From the NCBI GenBank assembly GCA_948443805.1, contig CAOJUB010000003.1, positions 69,832 to 133,831 on the forward strand: a stretch of DNA of 64,000 nt, written 5' to 3'. Within the stretch, counting starts at the first letter, position 1. Each line of letters opens with the position of its first letter. Shown here in pieces: positions 58,379 to 64,000 of the stretch. The notes under the pieces are model-generated. The model was not told the origin of the DNA and did no database searches. It worked only from the letters and a program-made list of their open reading frames with translations. The DNA comes from an uncultured Clostridia bacterium (GTDB taxonomy: Bacteria; Bacillota; Clostridia; Oscillospirales; UBA644). A program made the translations under genes and the position numbers.

Positions 58379-58762
58379 ATGAATCTTTTTATTGATAATA
58401 AGAGCGGAAGTCCGATTTATGATCAGATTTTTACGCAGATGAAAAGCCACATTCTTACCGGCGTGTTGCCGGAAGGGGCGCTGCTGCCTTCGATTCGGGC
58501 GCTGGCAAAGGATTTGCGGATTAGTGTGATTACCACCAAACGCGCCTACGATGAATTGGAGCGGGAGGGGTATATTTACGGCGTTGCAGGGAAAGGTTTT
58601 TTTGTGGCAAAGAGGAATCCGTCGCTTGTTTATGAAGAAGGGCTTCGGAAAATTGAGGAATATTTGCAGCATGCCGTTTTTCTTGCCGCGGAGTGCGGTC
58701 TGTCGAAAAATGATCTGCATGATATGCTGAAAATACTGACGGAGGAAGATCATCGGTCTTAG
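58379..58762 (+). CDS. GntR-family transcriptional regulator, YtrA subfamily
   Basis: 127 aa. PIYDQIFTQMKSHILTGVLPEGALLPSIRALAKDLRISVITTKRAYDELEREGYI is a GntR winged HTH with the short C-terminus typical of YtrA. Confidence 0.85.
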   Translation: MNLFIDNKSGSPIYDQIFTQMKSHILTGVLPEGALLPSIRALAKDLRISVITTKRAYDELEREGYIYGVAGKGFFVAKRNPSLVYEEGLRKIEEYLQHAVFLAAECGLSKNDLHDMLKILTEEDHRS

Positions 58763-58791
58763 CGGCGGATGGAAGGAAAGAAAGGAGCCAA

Positions 58792-59643
58792 ATGTTGATG
58801 GATGCGATTGTTGTAAAAAATCTCAGGAAGGAATATGCCGGTTTTACCCTGCGGGATTGTTCTCTGACCTTGCCTGCGGGATGCGTGATGGGGCTGATCG
58901 GAGAAAACGGAGCCGGGAAAAGCACGGTGATCCGCTGTCTGCTTCATATGATAGAACGCACGGCGGGCGATATTTTCCTTCTGGGAAAAAATATTGATGA
59001 TAAGGATTTTGATTCGGTGAAAGAATCGGTCGGCGTGGTGTTGGATGAAGCGATGTTTCCGCCGGTGATTCATGCGCGGCAGCTGAACCGGATTTTAAAA
59101 AACAGCTATAAAAATTGGGAAGAAACGCTGTATTTTTCTTATTTGAAAAAGTTTTCTCTCCCAGAAAAATTGCCGTTTTCAAAATATTCCAAGGGCATGA
59201 AAATGAAGCTTTCCATTGCGGCGGCACTTTCTCATCGGGCAAAATTATTGATTCTGGACGAAGCGACATCGGGGCTGGATCCGGTGGTTCGGGATGAGAT
59301 TCTGGATATATTTAATGATTTTACGCGGGAAAACGATTGTTCGATTTTGATTTCGTCCCATATCGTCAGCGATCTGGAAAAGATTTGCGATTATATCGCG
59401 TTTCTGCATCAGGGGGAACTTCTCTGCTGTGAAGAGAAAGACCGGCTTCTGGAAAAGTATGGCCTGATTCACTGCACGAAAGCAGATTTTTCTGCCATTC
59501 CAGCCGAAGCGGTGATCGGAAAAAAAGAGTCACCGTATGGGATCGAGGCTTTGGTACTCCGGGAAAAAATATCGGCCGATTTGGCGGTTTCTCCTGTGGG
59601 GATTGAGGATATTTTTCTTTACTTTGTAAAATTCGGAAAATAA
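58792..59643 (+). CDS. ABC transporter ATP-binding protein
   Basis: Walker A GENGAGKST, signature YSKGMKMKL, Walker B LLILDEATSGLD. Confidence 0.88.
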   Translation: MLMDAIVVKNLRKEYAGFTLRDCSLTLPAGCVMGLIGENGAGKSTVIRCLLHMIERTAGDIFLLGKNIDDKDFDSVKESVGVVLDEAMFPPVIHARQLNRILKNSYKNWEETLYFSYLKKFSLPEKLPFSKYSKGMKMKLSIAAALSHRAKLLILDEATSGLDPVVRDEILDIFNDFTRENDCSILISSHIVSDLEKICDYIAFLHQGELLCCEEKDRLLEKYGLIHCTKADFSAIPAEAVIGKKESPYGIEALVLREKISADLAVSPVGIEDIFLYFVKFGK

Positions 59644-59659
59644 TGTCCGGAAAGAAAGG

Positions 59660-60289
59660 TTGATTTCTATGAAGGGAATTTTGATCAAGGATTCTTATGT
59701 GGTCTGGGGATATGGAAAAAGTTTATTTGTCATATGCGGTTTTTTTCTGCTGATTTCGCTGTTCAGTCCGGATGTTGATTTTACTTATCTGATCGGGGCG
59801 CTGTTTTCTATGCTTACAGTGACTTCTCTTTCCATTGATGAACGCTGCGGGTGGGAAAAATATGCCAATGTCCTTCCGGTTTCAAGGAAACAGGTTGTTT
59901 TGGCAAAATATTTGCTGAACTGGATATTGGTTGCCGTTTCTTCTGTTCTGGTATCGGTAATCACTGCAGTTGTTGAGTATGTGCAGTATCATTCATTTCC
60001 GGAAAATATTTTGGAGAACGGGTTTTGCATGGCGGCGTTGGCTCTGCTTTACAGTGCGCTCTGTTTACCGATTATTTTTCGGTACGGCGTTGAAAAAGGA
60101 AGGCTGTTTTATATGTTTTTCATGGCGTTTCTTGCCTTTTTCATGTCCTTTGTTTCCCGATTCTTATCAGAAGATGTTTCCATGCTGGCCGGCGGTTTCT
60201 TCGGCGTGATTTTGTTCGGTATAGCAGTTGTTTGTTCCGGTATTTCTTTCGGGCTTTCGATTTGGCTTTATAAGAAAAAGGAATTTTAA
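59660..60289 (+). CDS. ABC-2-type transporter permease
   Basis: ~205-aa six-TM protein immediately after the ATPase, a YtrA-operon-like layout. Alternative start ATG 59669. Confidence 0.62.
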   Translation: MISMKGILIKDSYVVWGYGKSLFVICGFFLLISLFSPDVDFTYLIGALFSMLTVTSLSIDERCGWEKYANVLPVSRKQVVLAKYLLNWILVAVSSVLVSVITAVVEYVQYHSFPENILENGFCMAALALLYSALCLPIIFRYGVEKGRLFYMFFMAFLAFFMSFVSRFLSEDVSMLAGGFFGVILFGIAVVCSGISFGLSIWLYKKKEF

Positions 60290-60364
60290 GCGGATAATCG
60301 TGGTTTCTTTGCACAGACTAAGCGCAGACGCTGCGCGTTTGGCGGCGGAAAGGAGCAAAGAATC

Positions 60365-60562
60365 ATGATAGATAAAACAAAAGGGGAGATGCCGCTCGGT
60401 TTCGGGATGGCGTTAGCACAGAACGAAGCGGCAATGCAGGCATTTTCATCGTTGTCGGCGGAACAGAAAAAAGACTGCCTTGCAAAGGCAAAAAAAGTTT
60501 CGTCAAAGGACGAGATGACGGCTCTTGTCGACAGTTTATCCCCGACAAGAACAGAAGGTTAG
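60365..60562 (+). CDS. Small hypothetical protein (65 aa)
   Basis: AAAGGAG SD before the ATG and a strong terminator after it. No family recognised. Confidence 0.4.
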   Translation: MIDKTKGEMPLGFGMALAQNEAAMQAFSSLSAEQKKDCLAKAKKVSSKDEMTALVDSLSPTRTEG

Positions 60563-60565
60563 AAA

Positions 60566-60598
60566 GAACCCCGGAGCATTTGCTCCGGGGTTCTTTTT
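60566..60598. terminator. Bidirectional terminator
   Basis: GAACCCCGGAGC (60566-77) pairs with GCTCCGGGGTTC (60582-93), then T5. AGAAA lies on the other side. Confidence 0.8.
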
Positions 60599-60634
60599 CA
60601 GAATATCTGTTTTTCCGCAGATATTTTTTTTGCT

Positions 60635-61120
60635 TTATGCATCATCATGTAAACGGTAATCAATTCTGTCGCGGTCGAGCCGGAGAACGGCATATTCCCC
60701 CCGGCAACCGACAGAGCCCGGGTTGAGCAGCAGAATCCCGTTTTTATCATATTCTGCAAATTGCCGGTGCGTATGGCCGAAAAGAGCGGCCTGACAGTTT
60801 TTTTGCTTTGCCGATAACGAAAGCGGAAGCAGCGTTTGCTTGACGTTGTATTTGTGACCGTGGCAGACAAGAAGGGATAGGTTGTCTTCACGGAAAATTT
60901 TTTCATACTGCGGTTCCGGAAGAAAATCGTTGTTTCCGGTAACTGTTATGATTTTTTCCTGCGGAAAAAGACGGGAAATCATACGGATATCGTCTTCCAC
61001 ATCCCCCAGAAACAGAATCCGGTTGTGCGGAACAGAGGCAATGATTTTTTCCATGCCGGAAATCCGGTGATGGGAATCTGAAAAAACAAGAATCGTTGTC
61101 AAAGAAAAAGTCTCCTGCAT
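60635..61120 (-). CDS. YfcE/MJ0936-family metallophosphoesterase
   Basis: ILVFSDSHH, FLGD, GNND, CHGH and GHTH metal-binding motifs in order. ATG 61120. The ORF-track extension to 61420 lacks any motif. Confidence 0.8.
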   Translation of the reverse strand: MQETFSLTTILVFSDSHHRISGMEKIIASVPHNRILFLGDVEDDIRMISRLFPQEKIITVTGNNDFLPEPQYEKIFREDNLSLLVCHGHKYNVKQTLLPLSLSAKQKNCQAALFGHTHRQFAEYDKNGILLLNPGSVGCRGEYAVLRLDRDRIDYRLHDDA

Positions 61121-61198
61121 ATGATAGAGTAAGGACGGTTTTTTGCCGTCGAGGTTTCCGGTCTGCCGGAAAAAATTTGATAGGACGGGGTGTGCGGT

Positions 61199-61456
61199 AT
61201 GGAAGATTTTACGAAAAAAATTAATCCGAAACATTTGGAAAGCGCGGTGGAGATGCTTCGGGGAAGCCTCGGAAACAAAGAGGCGGAAAAAATAAAACAG
61301 GCGGCGGAAAACAGCGACGCCTTCCGGGAGCTGACAAAAAATATTTCGGAAAAGGACCTGGATATGGTGGTAAAGGTAATCAACAACCCGGAAGCTCTGA
61401 AGATGATCTTGTCTTCTCAAAAAGCGAGGGAAGGTTTGAAGAACTTCCTGAAATAA
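61199..61456 (+). CDS. Small hypothetical protein (85 aa, helical, Lys/Glu-rich)
   Basis: ATG 61199 lies 8 nt after AGGACGGGG. No family recognised. Confidence 0.4.
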   Translation: MEDFTKKINPKHLESAVEMLRGSLGNKEAEKIKQAAENSDAFRELTKNISEKDLDMVVKVINNPEALKMILSSQKAREGLKNFLK

Positions 61457-61534
61457 CGGCGCAGTTTTGAAAAATGTTTGATTTCTGCCCGGAATCGGAC
61501 GGTTTTGTTCCGGCCGGGTGAGGAGGTGTTGGGA

Positions 61535-61879
61535 ATGGATGAAATGTTTTCGAAAATTTCAAAGTTGCTTGAAAACCCAGAGACCGCAGGAAAGCTTAAG
61601 GATATTGCGGCCTCTGTTATGGCAGACGGCTCTTCAGAAACCGACGGTGCGGACGCACCGAATCTTGAGACGCTGGCTCCGTTTTCCGATGCGCCGGCGG
61701 TAGCCGGTGAAAAAACGGGGATAGAACCTTCGTCGGTGTTTCCGGGCTTTTCGGCGGATGACCGCAGCGTCAATCTGCTGCGGGCGATCAAACCGTATAT
61801 GCGGGAATCCCGTGCCGGAAAAATCGATTCGGCAATCCGGATTATGCAGATGCTGAAAGTGATCGGTCAGCTGAAATAG
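61535..61879 (+). CDS. Small hypothetical protein (114 aa)
   Basis: ATG 61535 follows GAGGAGG. Acidic low-complexity centre. Conserved-looking C-terminus LLRAIKPYMRESRAGKIDSAIRIMQML. Confidence 0.45.
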   Translation: MDEMFSKISKLLENPETAGKLKDIAASVMADGSSETDGADAPNLETLAPFSDAPAVAGEKTGIEPSSVFPGFSADDRSVNLLRAIKPYMRESRAGKIDSAIRIMQMLKVIGQLK

Positions 61880-61896
61880 AAAAGGGGGAAAGACGG

Positions 61897-62205
61897 ATGT
61901 ACAATGAAAAAAGCCGGACGCGGCCGGGAGAAACCAATCGGCTCAGCGATTTTTACGCCAAATCGCCGGAAGAAGAACAAAAATCAAGAGATCTTCCTGG
62001 GAAGAAAAATTCCGGGTTGGGGAAATTGAACCGGCTGTTTTCGGGAGATAAAGCATCGTCTCTGACTTCGTTGTTTTCAGGAACGCTTGCGAATATTAAA
62101 GATGACGATGTGCTGCTGTTGCTGATTGTCTTTCTTCTTTTTAATGAAAACCGGGAAGACGACTATCTGGTTCTGATTGTTTTGGGGGCTCTTTTGCTGA
62201 GCTGA
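61897..62205 (+). CDS. Small hypothetical protein (102 aa) with C-terminal hydrophobic segments
   Basis: ATG follows AAGGGGGAA. C-terminal DDDVLLLLIVFLLFNENREDDYLVLIVLGALLLS. Confidence 0.4.
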   Translation: MYNEKSRTRPGETNRLSDFYAKSPEEEQKSRDLPGKKNSGLGKLNRLFSGDKASSLTSLFSGTLANIKDDDVLLLLIVFLLFNENREDDYLVLIVLGALLLS

Positions 62206-62207
62206 TG

Positions 62208-63215
62208 TCAGGCGTTTTCAATTGACATGGTCGCGTAGGCGTTCAGGTCGTATCCCGCTGTTTTTCCGGCAAGATATTCATAGTATCCTTGGGATGCGAT
62301 CATTGCGCCGTTGTCTCCGCAAAGAGCTTTCTGCGGGAGATAAAGCCGGATTCCTTTTTGACGGCAGGCATTTTCCAAACCTTCTCTCAAAAAAGAATTT
62401 GCGCCGACGCCGCCGGCCAGCACCAGTTTTCCGCAGCCTGACATTTCAGCTGCCAGAACGGCCTTTTCTGTCAGCACACCGCAGACGGCTTCGGTAAACG
62501 CCGCCGCAACGTCGGGGGCGGAATAGGCGGTCTGGGTCTGCTTTTTTGTGTGGATATAGTTGATAACAGCCGTTTTTACGCCGCTGAAGGAAAAATCGTA
62601 CGGGCTGTCGGGAAAATGTACTTTGGGAAACGAGATTGCCGTCGGATCGCCGGTTTTTGCCAGCTCTTCCATTTTTGCGCCGCCCGGATATCCCAGGCCG
62701 AGAACGCGGGCCGCTTTGTCAAAAGCTTCCCCTGCGGCGTCATCGCGGGTGTGGCCGATGATTTTATAGGTGGTATAATCCAATACTTCAACAATATGGC
62801 TGTGCCCGCCTGAGGCGATTAGGGCGGTGAAGGGCGGGGTGAGATCGGGGTGCGTGATATAGTTGGCGGCAACATGGCCTTTCAGATGATGAACCGGAAC
62901 AAGCGGTTTGCCGGCTGAAAAGGCAAGGCTTTTTGCAAAATTCATGCCGACCAGAAGAGCGCCGATCAGCCCGGGCGCGTTGGTGACGGCAATTGCTTCT
63001 ATCGTTTCAAGGCCGCCGGCTTCCCGGATCGCTTTTTTCGCCAGACCGCTGATGGCTTCACAGTGTGCGCGCGCGGCAATTTCCGGAACAACGCCGCCGT
63101 ACAGTTGATGAATGTCGATTTGTGACAATATCGTATTGGAAAGAATTTTTCTTCCGTCTTCCACAACAGAAACGGCGGTTTCGTCGCAGGAGGATTCGAT
63201 GCCGAGTATTTTCAT
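62208..63215 (-). CDS. tsaD: tRNA N6-adenosine threonylcarbamoyltransferase
   Basis: ILGIESSCDETAVSVV, the HHLKGHV block, SGGHSH, LAGGVGAN. Confidence 0.95.
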   Translation of the reverse strand: MKILGIESSCDETAVSVVEDGRKILSNTILSQIDIHQLYGGVVPEIAARAHCEAISGLAKKAIREAGGLETIEAIAVTNAPGLIGALLVGMNFAKSLAFSAGKPLVPVHHLKGHVAANYITHPDLTPPFTALIASGGHSHIVEVLDYTTYKIIGHTRDDAAGEAFDKAARVLGLGYPGGAKMEELAKTGDPTAISFPKVHFPDSPYDFSFSGVKTAVINYIHTKKQTQTAYSAPDVAAAFTEAVCGVLTEKAVLAAEMSGCGKLVLAGGVGANSFLREGLENACRQKGIRLYLPQKALCGDNGAMIASQGYYEYLAGKTAGYDLNAYATMSIENA

Positions 63216-63652
63216 GGTAGTTTGATTCCTTTTCTCATGGTAATGCCGTCTTCGGGCGGGGCGGAATAAAAATTTTTCCGCAGGGCGATTTTTTCAAATC
63301 CGTATTTTTCATACAGACGGATCGCCGGAAGGTTGGAAATCCGGACTTCCAGAAGCATTTCAATAGCGTCGTTCCGGAATGTTTGCTTTTCTGTTTCTTC
63401 CAGAAGTTTTGTTGCCAGTCCCTTTTCCCGGAACGCCGGAAGAACGGCGACAGAAAGGATTTCAGCCGTTTCTCCGGTAAAAAGAATCGCAGCGTGGCCG
63501 GCAAAGGTTCCCTGATCTTCCGCTACCAAAAAAAGATAGAGCGGATTTTTCAGCATGTCGGCAATTGCTCTGGCCGAAAGAGGGAGCGGAAAACAGCAGG
63601 CTTCACAGGCGGCGATTTGGGAGATATCGCATTCCCCGGCTTTTCGGATCAT
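63212..63652 (-). CDS. rimI: Ribosomal-protein-alanine N-acetyltransferase
   Basis: 146-aa GNAT with AFREKGLATKLL. 4-nt overlap with tsaD, the classic rimI-tsaD pairing. Confidence 0.85.
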   Translation of the reverse strand: MIRKAGECDISQIAACEACCFPLPLSARAIADMLKNPLYLFLVAEDQGTFAGHAAILFTGETAEILSVAVLPAFREKGLATKLLEETEKQTFRNDAIEMLLEVRISNLPAIRLYEKYGFEKIALRKNFYSAPPEDGITMRKGIKLP

Positions 63653-64000
63653 TGGATTTCTCCTAAGATTTTTTGAATTGCTTTTTCAATGTCATCGGCG
63701 GCTTTCCGATAGGCGGCCATATCTTTTCCGTAAGGATCAGCAACCGGTACTGAAGACAGCGGTTTGATTTTTTTTGCCGATCCGGGAAACCAAGCCTGTG
63801 CCGCAAGGCAGTGTTCCGGCGTCATGGCGTAAACTGAGTCGGCGGTTTTCAGCAATTCTTCGGTCGCCTGTTTGGAGCGGAATGCGGACAGGTCAAGGCC
63901 TCGTTCCCGCATAACGGCGATTGCATTCTCTGAAGCGGGGCTTCCCGGATAGGCTGCCAGCCCCGCGCTGTCGGCGGAGAGGTTCAGTTTATGTTCTTTT
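63649..64000 (-). CDS. Low-molecular-weight phosphatase (LMW-PTP/ArsC superfamily), 5' end beyond the window
   Basis: The in-frame translation continues upstream of the listed Met: ...GLAAYPGSPASENAIAVMRERGLDLSAFRSKQ...DPYG. The CX5R P-loop would lie past 64000. Confidence 0.72.
   Translation of the reverse strand, partial: KEHKLNLSADSAGLAAYPGSPASENAIAVMRERGLDLSAFRSKQATEELLKTADSVYAMTPEHCLAAQAWFPGSAKKIKPLSSVPVADPYGKDMAAYRKAADDIEKAIQKILGEIQ

Overview
This 64-kb window reads as ordinary core chromosome of a Firmicutes/Clostridia-type bacterium, about 50% GC by eye. Coding density is high and the gene content is housekeeping. Gene content, left to right:
- Left end to ~27 kb: der, plsY, ispD, rpe, pheST, ireB and nnr; infC-rpmI-rplT; thyX-tmk; and the mltG-trmR-U32 peptidase cluster.
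- ~27-45 kb: a minus-strand deoD-deoB-tam group, azlCD, uvrC, an HPr gene, metG, glyA, ackA and topB.
- ~46-64 kb: a 12-kb ilvBNCD-leuA-cimA-leuCDB-ilvE operon, a YtrA-type GntR/ABC-2 operon, and tsaD-rimI.

I found no rRNA or tRNA genes, no CRISPR array, and no transposase, integrase or phage genes. I also found no convincing multi-gene defence-like or otherwise novel protein system.

The most unusual signals are cis-acting:
1. A promoter / AGAACA-N6-TGTTCT dyad / ~85-nt structured element module. It occurs as three tandem ~105-bp units in the ispD leader (4825-5184). It occurs again as a single copy in the same transcriptional orientation in front of an unrelated alpha/beta hydrolase (17950-18131).
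2. A 29-codon Ile/Leu/Val-rich leader ORF followed by a strong intrinsic terminator upstream of ilvB (45798-46052). This looks like ribosome-mediated attenuation rather than the T-box leader typical of Bacillus.

Smaller observations: a probable ATT start and attenuator-type leader for infC, dyad operators at the ytrA-like and topB promoters, an HPr gene whose stop overlaps the uvrC start, and a WYL-type regulator at the head of a nucleoside-salvage gene string.

All coordinates for non-ORF features were counted by hand and may be off by 1-2 nt. All family calls rest on motif recognition, not database searches.
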